DNA of 63,822 nucleotides, filler included, from Pirum gemmata (Eukaryota): NCBI GenBank assembly GCA_002812295.1. It is 26 parts of 26 records of this genome, joined end to end, with 100 filler letters (N's around TTAATTAATTAA, not from the genome) between each part and the next. Parts side by side here need not be neighbours in the genome. Positions count along the whole stretch, not along the records: positions 1 to 2,125 come from PDIN01008308.1; positions 2,226 to 4,353 come from PDIN01008309.1; positions 4,454 to 8,521 come from PDIN01008310.1; positions 8,622 to 10,747 come from PDIN01008311.1; positions 10,848 to 12,992 come from PDIN01008312.1; 21 more parts are not named here. One strand, 5' to 3'. Shown piece by piece: positions 1 to 11,857 of this stretch (position 1 is its first letter; each line of letters starts with the position of its first letter). The notes under the pieces were generated by a model. It saw only the letters and a program-made list of their open reading frames with translations, ran no database searches and was not told where the DNA came from. The position numbers and the translations under genes were made by a program.

Positions 1-54
1 ATTATTATTATTATTATTAACTGATAATGACACTATTTTTACTTTCGTACACAG

Positions 55-889
55 GCAAGCTTTGAATAGGGCTCTCAAACAGTCTATTACTAGTGGAAGT
101 ATGAGTTGTAAAGCCCGAAGAGGTTTGATAAAAGGCCTGCAGAATATATGTGGGGTGCAATTTTATAATATCGACCCAGACTTAAATATTGACAAGCTTA
201 ACACAAAAGGTGGCCGACCTTCAATAGTTTTCATCAATAATAAACAAAAGGCTACTTTTTTAAGTCGGATAAAGAAGCAGATGCAAAAACTATTACCAAA
301 CTTGGAAATAACTGATATAAACAAATATTTTACTGCCGTGTCCGAATGGTGGAAAACTAGTAGGAAATTTGTTTCCCACTCTATATCCGATAACATAAAA
401 CCTAAAGCTTGGGAACACATCCCCACTGCTTTAGACAAAGATATGAGATTCGGTTCAAAACTAAAATTTGGTTTTGGGGCAGAGATTAATCAAGAGCTTC
501 AAGTTATCGCTAAGTCAAGATCGTTGTATAAGTTGGGTCAGATCGGACAGCTTGAAATGGTTATGAGTTACGGTGGCGTAGGTTTAATTGCTGCTGGTAT
601 ATTGATGGATATTTCTACATTTATAGACGCTGCAGGGGAAAGAAAAGCTGTATGCAAAGAGGTGAAAGATGCTGAGGGAAACATTCAAAGTGTAGAAAAA
701 GCTAGGTGTGAGTTGTCTACCAACAAAATGGCGTTGGCGATTGGGCTACCCCTTACATGTTTAGTAGCTGGGGCTATCAACATTGGGTTAGGTGTAGGTT
801 GTGGACTGGTTAATGCTGGAGTGTCAATATTTATGAGTTTAATACCTCGACCTTCTTTTTCGTTACGGGGCGTAATAAACACGTTTTGA
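55..889 (+). CDS. Exon of an unknown protein with two Gly/Ala-rich hydrophobic helical segments (pore-forming-toxin-like); 5' partial
   Basis: Acceptor ...cgtacacag at 53-54 after an AT-rich intron. Open frame of ~278 codons with GGVGLIAAGILMDISTFIDAA and MALAIGLPLTCLVAGAINIGLGVGCGLVNAGVSIFMSLIP. Ends at TTT TGA. Confidence 0.75.
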
Positions 890-1898
890 ACCTATTTCTG
901 GTAATTGTTGGAATGATAAGGGCGCTATAGGTATGGCTGTTAAATATGATAATAGAAAATATTTGAACCAAAAAGATTATAGTATGGAACATATGTGGAA
1001 CTATAAATTTTATTACTTTGATGATATGACAAGCGAAGATGAAGATCAATGTGATACTATGTATCTATGGTTTAGGAACACACAGTGTTCAAAATGTCAG
1101 GACAAAATTCATAAATTAAAAGGTAATCAGTTCATGAGAGAAAGGATTACTGATTGTGATAAATATTATAACATATTTGAAAAAAACACTGATGAAAGGT
1201 TAACAGACATCTGCTACTCTCTATGTGATGATCATGACAACTTTCGTCCGGATTCCTGGTTGGAAGCCAATAATAAAAAGGAAATAAAGCCTTTAGCGCT
1301 ACCATCTAATCAGAAAAAGCTGCAACAACTTTTTACTGCCAAAGATGGATCCTTCATTACCATATGTGTTACCGATCGTAATCGCCAAATTATCGCGGAA
1401 GACGAAGAGTATGTTTATTTCAAAAACACTGATGGTAAAGAAATGAAAAACTTGAAATACCAAAGAAGATTTCAATTTAATGATAATGTACAAACTGCTT
1501 TTGATGGGAAAACAGCTCTAACTCTAAACCCGTATGTTAAGGGAAAGGTCTTAAGAAATTCATTTCTTCCTGCTCGACATTTTGAATTTAGATTACAAAA
1601 CAAAGGAACGGAAAAAAAAGCAAATGATGTTGACTTTAAAGGGAAGTGTAAAATTTATCGAGGTCATCATGCACCAAAGTGTCCTTTTTGGCATTTTGGA
1701 ATTAATTGTCCTGATGAGCCATGGAATTGGGAGGATAAAGGGTTAAAAACATGGAGTGAATGCGATAATTTGTGTCATTCTATGAGAGAAATTATGCATC
1801 AACCACCAGTAAGAGGGGTAGTTTTACCAATTAGTTATTATTATTGGTGTCTTAAATTTACTTTTGATAATGCTGAAGAAAGAAAAGTTCGTATGTAA
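879..1898 (+). CDS. Cys-rich unknown protein region, probably the C-terminal continuation of 55-889 in the +1 frame
   Basis: Frame is open from 879 (TRFEPISGNCWNDKGAIG, then M at 933) and overlaps the upstream stop. 321 aa from ATG 933, coding-like composition, AT-rich 3' region follows. Confidence 0.75.
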   Translation, partial: TRFEPISGNCWNDKGAIGMAVKYDNRKYLNQKDYSMEHMWNYKFYYFDDMTSEDEDQCDTMYLWFRNTQCSKCQDKIHKLKGNQFMRERITDCDKYYNIFEKNTDERLTDICYSLCDDHDNFRPDSWLEANNKKEIKPLALPSNQKKLQQLFTAKDGSFITICVTDRNRQIIAEDEEYVYFKNTDGKEMKNLKYQRRFQFNDNVQTAFDGKTALTLNPYVKGKVLRNSFLPARHFEFRLQNKGTEKKANDVDFKGKCKIYRGHHAPKCPFWHFGINCPDEPWNWEDKGLKTWSECDNLCHSMREIMHQPPVRGVVLPISYYYWCLKFTFDNAEERKVRM

Positions 1899-2125
1899 AT
1901 CCGTTTATAACCACCCTTTTACTCGAGACCAAAACTCATTTGAAAAAAACTTTTAAAAAAAAACGATAATATTAATGAATAAAAAAATAAAAATAAACAT
2001 AAACAATAACAAACATGAACATGAACATAAATTCAAACAAACATAAACATAAACATAAACATAAACAAAAATAAATGTTTTTATATAATTATAATATTAT
2101 AGAAACATACATTTCTTTTTTTTTT

Positions 2126-2225
2126 NNNNNNNNNNNNNNNNNNNNNNNNNNNNNNNNNNNNNNNNNNNNTTAATTAATTAANNNNNNNNNNNNNNNNNNN
2201 NNNNNNNNNNNNNNNNNNNNNNNNN
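2126..2225. other. Artificial contig-joining spacer (first of 25)
   Basis: 44 N + TTAATTAATTAA (stops in all six frames) + 44 N. Identical spacers start at 2126, 4354, 8522, 10748, 12993, 15211, 20561, 23856, 26076, 28277, 30503, 32716, 34964, 37208, 39452, 41636, 43834, 46033, 48247, 50434, 52658, 54901, 57143, 59356 and 61579. Confidence 0.98.
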
Positions 2226-2358
2226 GTAATAGTAATAGTAATAATATGCATAGTTGTTTTATTTCATTTTTATTTATTTATTTATTTTTTGTATACACAA
2301 TAAAAAATAAAAAAAAATAAAAAAAAAAGATGAAAAAGGGGGTTTCTAGCTAGTAGAC

Positions 2359-2511
2359 CTATGGGGCAGTACGCCTAACATTTACCAACTTTTGAAAAGT
2401 GGCCAAATTTTTTCTGGCGACTCGAACATTTCGAACACACTAAATTTATATATTTGAAATAGAATATTATTATTACTATGTCCCGAAAAGTTGGTGATTC
2501 TTAGACGCAAT
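2359..2511 (+). repeat. Dispersed repeat (~150 bp); second copy at 48936-49088
   Basis: Both read ctatgg..cag..cgcctaacatt..c.aactttg..aagt..ccaaatttttt..ctggcg...attattattactat..ccc.aaaagttgg....acgca. Confidence 0.8.
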
Positions 2512-3347
2512 GCACGATTGTAAGATACTCTAGTAGCTGGATTAGACCTACCAGCTGCGATGCTGAATGGCTTAGACTGATAGTCTAGTCTACTATTAGT
2601 CTATTAGACTACCCTCTAGTTAAAGTGCTGTAATATATAAACCAATAAAACATTTTAGAAAATAAAATAATGCGAACTAAACCAATCCTTTTCTTCTCTT
2701 TCATTATTATTTGTATGTAAAAAAAAATTATCATCCATCTTGTGTAAATAACATTTGTAGATATTATTTATAACAATGATGGGCATTTAGTCTACATTTA
2801 TATTCATAAATAATACCTCCTACAAACTGTTTATATAATATTATAATAAAGAAGTAAAGAATAGTTTTTGTATGTACACAAATTATTATAAATATTGTAT
2901 GAATAGAATGCATTTACAACTGAGCTATTTATAAAATATTGTCTAATGCTCATTACTATTACTATCTATATATAGACTATATAGACTATATGACTCTATA
3001 TAGTCTCTATATGTAACCAACACCTTATGTAACCATAACCAGACCATAACCCAAAATCTGGAGCCGATTTTTTTTTAACCAATTGAAGTTGGTTAGTGCT
3101 GAATGTACTACTGATACCACTAGCTGATTGCTGGAATTTGTTGATGGTTGAATAAAAAAAAAAATTTCTTTTTTTGTAACATTTATAACCTAAACTCCAA
3201 CAGTTTCCAACCTACTAAGTAATATTATATAATAATATTATGATATCATTACATTATTATACTGCTAGCTAGCTAGCTAATCGAGATGTTTTTTTTTACT
3301 ACTAGTGTTTATTTTGTTTTTTGTTTTTGTTTTTGTTTTCAGATGAA

Positions 3348-3532
3348 CAGGAGGGGTGACACCTATTAGCTAGACGAGGGAGGGGATCTTTGTGTAACCG
3401 CTCAAGACTCAAGAGTGGCCTATTTACCTTGAATGTTAGGGAATTACCTTAATATAGTAGTTTTGGGTACCCTCATTTTACAATTTCTCCAACCGTGACG
3501 GAAAACAGGACTGCAGAGTGTCATCTCTCCTG
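3348..3532. mobile_element. Putative MITE with 15-bp imperfect terminal inverted repeats
   Basis: CAGGAGGGGTGACAC ... GTGTCATCTCTCCTG (13/15 match). A related terminus AG(G/T)AGGGGTGAGA occurs at ~29744, ~45900 and inverted at ~26655. No clear TSD. Confidence 0.45.
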
Positions 3533-4167
3533 ATCTACCCGTCTTCCCCTCGCTCCATCCATAACACAGACATTAAATGAAAAACCTGCACAAATACGTT
3601 TTTAATTAATGATTATATAAAAAAAAATTCAATTGTAAATTACTTTTTTAAAACATGGTTGTCGTTGATGTGTAATTTTACAAGTTTATTTAATTATTAA
3701 AAATTTTAAAACATAATATTATATTAAAACATAATTTTTAAAGTTGTTATGAAAAAAACCCCAAACTACCCTAATCCTAACCATAACCTTAACCAATTCC
3801 TAACCCATAAACGTCAATGAAAAAAAAATAAAGAAAAAGTAAAAACCTCAAAATAATATTACGTTTGGTCTGGGAAAAAAAATACCACAACAACACTCCA
3901 CAACACTACTATAACCAATTAACAACCATCGTTACTTTTCAAGCGCCTAAGTTTGCTATTTCATTCAGAGACTGTGAGAGGCTAATTTGTATTTACAGCT
4001 ACCACAAATAATCCACAGTAACTTGTCAGTAAGCCTATTCCACTATTATTGTTTTTTTTTATATAAATTTATATAAAAAAAGAAAATACTCTAGCTAGGT
4101 CTCAGATTAGGTCTATTCCACTACATTATACTTACATTATACTGTTTCCAAAATTTCTCTACAAATG

Positions 4168-4312
4168 ACAATTGGCTGGTTTGTACCTCAAAATGACCCT
4201 AAACATTTGAATTGGATGGTTTGGTTTGTACCTCAATTTTGCTTCTCAAAATTACAATTGGATGGTTTGTACCTCAAAAAAACCCTAAAATATAACAATT
4301 GGATGGTTTGTA
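4168..4312. repeat. Short tandem repeat, four ~42-bp units
   Basis: Core aattggatggtttgtacctcaaa repeated four times. Confidence 0.8.
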
Positions 4313-4695
4313 CTTTATACATTTTTCATACTCAACCATAGGTTTAGAAGTTTNNNNNNNNNNNNNNNNNNNNNNNNNNNNNNNNNNNNNNNNNNNNTTA
4401 ATTAATTAANNNNNNNNNNNNNNNNNNNNNNNNNNNNNNNNNNNNNNNNNNNNAACAACAATAACAACAATAACAACAATAACAACAATAACAATATTAA
4501 TAACAATAATAACAATAATAACAATAATAATAATTACAACAAGCAACAAGAACAACAAGAACAATAACAGCAATAACAACAATAACAACAAAAAAATATA
4601 TTATCAACACAATTGTAACGAGTGCATTTTTTACGAATTTGTATTGTGTCATTACTACAAAATATAATAATTGTATCCATATATAATTTAATATA

Positions 4696-4975
4696 ATGGT
4701 AATGGTAATGGTAATAGCGACAGTGAAAGTGATGGAAATGGTAATAGTAATAGTAATGGTAATAGTAATAGTAATAGTAATAGTAATAGTAATAGTAATA
4801 GCAATAGTAATGGAAATAGTAATTGTAATAGTAATATTAATAGTAGTATTAGTAGTAATAGTAATAGAAATAGTAATAGTAATAGTAATAGTAATAGTAA
4901 TAGTAATAGTAATAGTAATAGTAATAGTAATGGTAATAGTAATAGTAATAATAATAATAATAATAGTAATAGTAA
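4696..4975. repeat. (GTAATA)n microsatellite
   Basis: Directly visible; source of the spurious poly-VI and poly-L ORFs. Confidence 0.95.
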
Positions 4976-5031
4976 AAACAGCATCAAAATATTATTACGT
5001 ATCAAATTTTTATGATAATATGATAATATTG

Positions 5032-5539
5032 AGGACTAAAAGATGTGACCAAAACGGATGACGTCATCGTAATATTTTTGTCAGCGATGTGCGAAGAACT
5101 TTAGGGAAGTTGACAGGGAGATACGGGAAAACATAATCGAATCAAACAGCTCTATCCTATTTATTAAATAGTGACAATTTTGAAATGGTATTCTTTTCTT
5201 TTTCGAGTTTCAAGTTTTTTCTATGAAATGTTTAAGAATTTTAAGAATTTTTTAATAAAATCAAAAGTGAGTCAATACTAAAAATTAGATTGAAAAATGT
5301 CAAAAGTTTCGAACTAGTCTCGATTCGATGGTTTTCTCCGCATCTCCCTGGTCTTGAATATTATTTTTTTTTAAAAAAATTATTATAAATGGAACAATTG
5401 AGAATAATTATGATTTTTCAAATATAGTAATTTCATATTAAATTTTGTCAACTTTCCTAACATTTTTCGAACATAATCTGAATATATATATATATTTATT
5501 ATGATGACGTTATTTGCATTTGCCTCACACTTAAGGCCT
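5032..5539. mobile_element. Older element with ~80-bp imperfect TIRs, hosting a nested MITE
   Basis: Left aggactaaaagatgtgacc..gatgacgtcatcgtaa..atgtgcgaag..ttagggaagttgac mirrors right gtcaactttcctaa..ttcgaacat..ttatgatgacgtta..cctcacacttaaggcct. Confidence 0.6.
5115..5349 (+). mobile_element. MITE family C (~235 bp)
   Basis: TIR AGGGAGATACGGGAAAAC / GTTTTCTCCGCATCTCCCT. Further copies at 5550-5740, 24270-24467, 25434-25657 (inverted) and 63700-63822 (partial). Shared motifs aatcgaatcaaacagctc and cgaactagtctcgat. Confidence 0.85.
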
Positions 5540-6052
5540 GGGACCAGCAGGGAAAGCATAATCGAATCAAATTACTCGATCGCTATTAATAAATGATGAC
5601 AATTTTTCTATAATTTTTTTTTTAGAATTTCCTAAAAAATTTATAAAAATTTATAAGTTCAAGACTTCGAAAATTGGATTCGAAAATTTTAAAAATTTCG
5701 AACTAGTCTCGATTTGATTGTGTTTTCCCCGCATCTCCCTCATAAAAATACTAAATAATACCTGAATGGTAAGCCTTGTGCCTTCAAAAACCCTTTTCGC
5801 ATCTTTAGTACTATGACACTGTTACACATTATAGGAAAAAGGAGTAAGCAACGAACACCAATAAATAACAACAAATAACAATAACAATAACAGCAACAAT
5901 CAACAATAAACAACCAACCAACTTACCAACCAACCTGCCAACCAACAATAACCAACCAACAGTAACCAACCAACAATAACCAACCAACACTAACCAACTA
6001 ACAATAACCGATCAACAATAACCAACCCACAATAACCAACCAACAATGACCA

Positions 6053-6337
6053 ACCAACACCCAACACCAACACCCAACACCCAACACCCAACACCCAACA
6101 CCCAACACCCAACACCCAACACCCAGCACCCAACACCCAACACCCAACACCCAACACCCAACACCCAACACCCAACACCCAACACCAACACCAACACCAA
6201 CACCAACACCTAACACCAAAACCCAACACCAACACCAACACACACCTAACACCAAACCCCAACCCCAACACCAGCACCAAGCACCAAGCACCAAGCACCA
6301 GCACCAATACACAACACCCAACACCCAACACCCAACA
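6053..6337. repeat. (CCAACAC)n / (CCAACA)n microsatellite
   Basis: Directly visible; source of the spurious CWVLGVG ORFs. Confidence 0.95.
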
Positions 6338-6604
6338 NNNNNNNNNNNNNNNNNNNNNNNNNNNNNNNNNNNNNNNNNNNNNNNNNAAAAAAAAAAAACG
6401 TCCTACTTTCTGTGCGGCTGTGCCAAACTTCCCAAACTTCCCAAACTTCCGGGTTACTTCCCGCAGTTCCCATTGTTCCCAAACTTCCCAAACTTCCCAA
6501 ACCCCCAAATCAGTCCCAAATCTTTATTTTTCATGCCCTTATTTGGGATTCATATTTTAAATATAAATATTTTTTGAAAAAAAAAAAAAAAAAAAAAAAA
6601 AAAA

Positions 6605-6642
<38 letters not shown>

Positions 6643-6712
6643 CAAAACCAAAAACCAAACCAAACCAAATAAAAACCAAACCAAACCAAATAAAAACCAA
6701 ACAAAAACAAAA

Positions 6713-7821
6713 ATGAAGTTTACATTTAATTTGTTTTTAGCCTTTGTGGCAAGTACTATGAACGAGGCTGCTGCTTTTCCACTTCCAGGCCTGGTTCCAG
6801 CCCCAGCCGTTGGTTTGGTCAGTAATGTTCTTTGTGGTGTACACGGACTTCTTACTGGCATGCCGTGTGGTGGTAATTATTAATTTATATGTATCATATA
6901 TATCAATATTATTTATTGTAATACTAATTTCAAAGTTATTATTATATTCTTACTAACTATTGTTATTATTAACTATTATTAATTGTTATTATTATTAACT
7001 ATTATTGTTATTGTTATTAGTATTATGTATTAATTATTATTGTTATCATTGTTATTATTGATGTTGTAATCTTTACTATCATTATTAATTATATATCATT
7101 ACTATCATTATTCCTATTTTTATATGCATATTAATCAAAAAAAACGTTTTCAATTTTTTTAGGGGGGATGATGGTAGGGGGTGCCATGGGTGGACCAGGA
7201 GGAGGTGCCATGGGTGGATCACCAGGAGGGGGTGCCATGGGTGGATCACCAGGAGGTGGGTCACCACGAGGGAATGTACAAGGTGGCATGCCCAGTTACG
7301 GCAATAACCGCCCAATGGGTTCTGCCCCAGGCAGACCTGGCACAATGTCGCGAGCACCTCCAACACAAAGAATGCCTAGCGGCATAAATAATCCAGTGGG
7401 TTCTAACCCAGGCAATACAATGTCGCAAGTACCTCAAACACGAGGCCTAACTAATCCAGGGGGTTCTACCCCAGGCAATACAATGTCGCAAGTACCTCAA
7501 ACACGAGGAACGACTGTTAATCCTAGCACAACTAGCAACCCAGGAGGAAACGGGGGTAAAGGTGGTAATGCGGGTGACCAAAAACTTTATGTTACGATTA
7601 ATATGCCTGCGTTACCGAAACAACAAGGCAACCTAAGTAAAGGCAACCCAAGTAAAGGCAACCCAAGTAAAGGCAACCCAAGTAAAGGCAACCCAAGTAA
7701 AGAATTAGACCCTCCTAAAACTCTGGTTACAGTGACACCGGTTAGTGCGAGAGCGGGAGTGGCTATTACACCAGATGATTTAAAACAGGGCAATAACACA
7801 TTTGTTGTAACCAATCAATAG
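6713..7821 (+). CDS. Secreted Gly/Pro-rich repetitive protein, 272 aa, join(6713..6872,7163..7821)
   Basis: Signal peptide MKFTFNLFLAFVASTMNEAAA. GT donor at 6873 and AG acceptor at 7161-7162 join in frame. Repeats GGGAMGGSP, NPxGSxPGNTMSQVPQTRG x2 and SKGNP. Confidence 0.85.
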
Positions 7822-8456
7822 TTTATAATATTATGTTTGAAAATAATTCAACTTCCTATACAATATTATATAATATTGACCATGCTAACCCTAACCCTAA
7901 CCCTAACCCTAGCTAGCGCTAATCCTAGCTAATCCTAACGCTAATCCCAACGCTAACGCTTACCTTAACGTAAATCTTATTATCCCTAACGAAACGCCAG
8001 CCCTAACGCTAGTCTAATCCTAACGCTAACGCTAATGCTAACCCACTGTATTCGAGTTTTTTTGGTTGAAAAAATGAACAACTGAAACAAGCCCGAAAAT
8101 ATCCAACTTTCTGTGAAACCTGGGATAAATTATTTGAAAATTTGAAAGCTATTTTGCTTGTAGCTTAAGCTCATTTTTATAGTTTGTCTATTGTTATGTT
8201 TTATTAATTGTAACAATTACAGCAATTTTCCAGTAATGATGACATTCATTGTCATCATAAAGTTTACAATAAAGAGTACAAAATTAAAACAATATAAACC
8301 CATTTTATTCAATTTGGTATTTTTTATTTATTTGTTTGTTTATTTAAAAATGACAATTCAAAGGTTACAAGACACCAAATAAAATACTCGAGTGATCAGA
8401 TAAATGACTTACTATGTTTTAGTAGAAGGTGTTTTGAAGTTAATTGTTTTTTTTTA

Positions 8457-8489
<33 letters not shown>

Positions 8490-8645
8490 TAACACTAACC
8501 TAATAAAAAACATTTTTATAANNNNNNNNNNNNNNNNNNNNNNNNNNNNNNNNNNNNNNNNNNNNTTAATTAATTAANNNNNNNNNNNNNNNNNNNNNNN
8601 NNNNNNNNNNNNNNNNNNNNNTTTTGTAATATTAAATAGACTATT

Positions 8646-8820
8646 GTGCTTTTCATTTATTTTGTCACCCCTGCATATTTGTTTGGTTAGGGTTATAACC
8701 TTTAAATTGATATTTTTAAATGAATAAATAGATAATAAAATATAGCAAATTAAATTAAATGGATTTATATTGTATTAATTTGGTAATCTTTATTGTATGA
8801 CAAAACAACTGAAAAGTGAC
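8646..8820 (+). mobile_element. MITE family B copy
   Basis: GTGCTTTTCATTTATTTTGTCA ... TGACAAAACAACTGAAAAG; internal sequence matches 9227-9399. Confidence 0.85.
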
Positions 8821-9226
8821 TATACTGTCTTTTTCACTTTTCAAAAGTTCACAGCCACCAGGTGGCCGCCACTACTGCTCGTGACAGCACTATCATAAAA
8901 AATAACTATGAATGGTACTTTGTAACTGTTTGTAGCAGACTTTTGCGCTATGAAATACCTTTGATTCTGATTCTGTGTTTCACTAGTTTTTCACTAATTT
9001 TTCATTCCTTTTTTTGTAATTTTTGGACAATGTACGTGTGTAGAGTGTGTGTAGTCTGCTGCTGTGGTATCTGATATGATAGTCTAATAAGGTTTTTAAA
9101 AGCTTGGTTTCATAATATTATTATCTCTAGATAATATTATCGATATGATTATATGATACTCTTTATTAGAAGTCTAATAACTATCATACTAGTCAGTAGC
9201 TAATATTTAATATCTCTAGATATATA

Positions 9227-9399
9227 TAGTGCTTTTCATTTATTTTGTCACTCCGAATATTTATTTGGTTGTTTATAATATTTAAATTGATACTTTTAAA
9301 TAAATAAATATACCAAATTAAATGAAATGGATTTATATTATATTAATTTGGTATCATTTATTGTATATTTTATGATGACAAAACCACTGAAAAGCACTA
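9227..9399 (+). mobile_element. MITE family B (~173 bp; TA-flanked, Tc1/mariner-type)
   Basis: TA|TAGTGCTTTTCA ... TGAAAAGCACTA|TA. Other copies or fragments at 8646, ~28979-29075, 41736-43213 (five), ~47800-47920 and ~54186-54212. Confidence 0.88.
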
Positions 9400-9493
9400 T
9401 AATATTATGATACTCTTCATGATATTAGAAGTCTAATAACTTATTAATGTAAATAGCTAGAAAAAAAATAATGGATGGTATACTGTATTATTA

Positions 9494-9759
9494 GGGAGCG
9501 TTCAATAATTACGTAACGCCGATTTGGGACAAAAACCTACCCTACTACTACCCCCCGTGTAACTAGCCTGTCACGTTTGAGAAGGACTACCTACCCCTTA
9601 TGACGTAACGATTTGGAAAAAATAGTACGCTAAATTACCCCTCATGTTATATATATATATATATATATATAGGGGTATAATTTTTTTGCGTTATGTCATA
9701 TTACGAAAACCTACCCCCCCCTACCTACCCCCAGCGTTACGTAATTATTGAACGCTCCC
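9494..9759. mobile_element. PIF/Harbinger (Tourist-like) MITE, family A
   Basis: Perfect 26-bp TIR GGGAGCGTTCAATAATTACGTAACGC and TTA target-site duplication (9491-9493 / 9760-9762). Confidence 0.93.
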
Positions 9760-9769
9760 TTAGTATCGA

Positions 9770-9965
9770 TAAAACTCTACTAGCTAGCTAGACTAGCTAG
9801 CTAGAGATCCTACTAGCTAGCTACAGAGCCTACTTAGCTAGCTAGACCTATCACTGACTAGACTATCAGGGCTAGCTAGCTAGCTAGGGTGATAGGGTTC
9901 TAGCTATCATAGCTAGCTAGCTAGTAGCGAGGGTCCTAGCTCTAGCTAGCTAGAGGGTTGATAGG
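9770..9965. repeat. Dense (TAGC)n / CTAG-rich tract
   Basis: Many TAGCTAGCTAG runs interspersed with short unique pieces. Similar tracts at ~33685-33960, 34400-34720, 37515-37650 and 45448-45590. Confidence 0.85.
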
Positions 9966-11857
9966 GTCCAGGGTTAGGAAACTTAGGGTTTATCGGAGAA
10001 TAGATCGGAGAATTTGAGAATAGGTCTGAGTCTGACTAGTTACCGGTGACCACTGACCAACCACCATAATATTTAGACTATATATATGATATTTATAAAA
10101 TAATATAATACTAGTAATATAATAATATATTAGATATATTAGACTTTTATTAGATATATTATAAGACAGTCTATGAATTTACATACTGTGTAGTTTAAAA
10201 AAAATAAACAGCTATACTATTTTTATACACAAGTTTTATTATAGTATATTTATATAGTAGTTTTATGCTGCTTATGTACAATATTTTTTTTTTATTGAAA
10301 TGACTGAGAATTATGACTCAAACTCTCAACTCTTCAATGCCAACTCCACGCATTCAGTCATAATTTCAGCTGTCAGACCTATAGTCTATCGATACTCAAT
10401 CGATACTATCGATATCATAGCCAGCTGATCATAGCTACCATACAGGTCCATACTATCGATAGTTAGTAGTATATAATAGTAGTGCCAATCAGACTCAGGG
10501 AGGTAGAATTGTAGTCAAGAAAGGGGACTCAAGGGGGTTAAAAGCAAAAAATATAAGCTCCGAAAATATGCTTGTACAGAATAAATACTCAAACCTGTTA
10601 CTAATAAACTTGTCCACGGTTGTATCACTAGCTAGCTAGTAGTCTGAAGAAAAAGTACTAACATTTATGAAATTATGATACGTTACCATCATACGTAAAA
10701 AGTTTATTTTTCTCTTTTTCTCTTTTTTTTTTTTTTTTTTTTGTTTTNNNNNNNNNNNNNNNNNNNNNNNNNNNNNNNNNNNNNNNNNNNNTTAATTAAT
10801 TAANNNNNNNNNNNNNNNNNNNNNNNNNNNNNNNNNNNNNNNNNNNNATATTATTAATATATATACATATATATCTGGTATTAATCTATTATAATTAAAA
10901 TATAATATAATATTATTAAAATATTAATTTATAATATTTTAAAATATAATATATTATATTTTAATTAAAATATAATATATTTAATTTTAATGTACCAAAT
11001 TTAAATATTAATATATTAATAATTATTTATTTATTTATACGATATGCCCCTTTGTCTACATACACATCGTATATATTATATATAAACTAGTATAATATTA
11101 TGTACAGAAAATTAATTAATTACTTAAAAGTGCACATGACGTCTTTTGAACTCTTACGTATCAAAAATATTATAATATATAAATATATATGCATAATGTT
11201 ATGACACTTTATTAATTTTATATTAATCATATATTAATAAACTTTATAATTATTTAAAATTGTGATAAAAATGTGTTTTTACTGAAAGAAAGAAGTAGCT
11301 GTCGAAAGAAAAAAAGAAATATAAAGAAAACATGGTTTTAATCCAACTACCACTACACTACCACTACTTTTAATAATACTATTAATACTACTACTATTAC
11401 TACGAATATTAAATTCCATTACTACTAGTACTAGCACTAGTACTAGCACTAGTACCAGTACTACTATTACGTACTATTATTGTTGCTACTACTACTACTA
11501 CTACTACTACTATTCCCGTATTTCAAAATGTAATTATTGTTATTTTAATTAATAATTACTTAGTTAATTATTACACTATTATTACCAAGTCTTAATTATA
11601 AATCATGTATCATGTATGGATAAAGATGCAATCAATCATAATTATGAATAATAATACGATTATGTTATAATTATATTGTAAACATAATAAAGTTTTAAAT
11701 TTGTATTTTATTTTATAAAAATAAATGTGGATAGTTATTATGTATACGTTTAAGTACCGTAGTGTTGCTTTATTACAAATAAAGACTATATCAATTATTA
11801 ATACCCTAGGCCTAACCCGATATTCTTATTATTATTATGAATGAAAACAAATAAAAA

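Noticed and set aside
2170..2181. TTAATTAATTAA recurring every ~2.2 kb
   Set aside because: Always centred in 88 Ns. It is an artificial six-frame-stop linker, so the periodicity and cross-linker gene neighbourhoods are not biological.
3340..3570. Structured ncRNA (telomerase RNA, SRP, RNase P/MRP)
   Set aside because: Only a 7-nt CCCTAAC on the minus strand and no conserved SRP or P4 motifs. The terminus recurs elsewhere like a TE end.
4406..6508. Long poly-L, poly-VI and CWVLGVG ORFs (also 18511, 19527, 22606-23161, 40457, 47203, 49774, 54604, 60316, 61631)
   Set aside because: Translations of microsatellites, N gaps or antisense strands.
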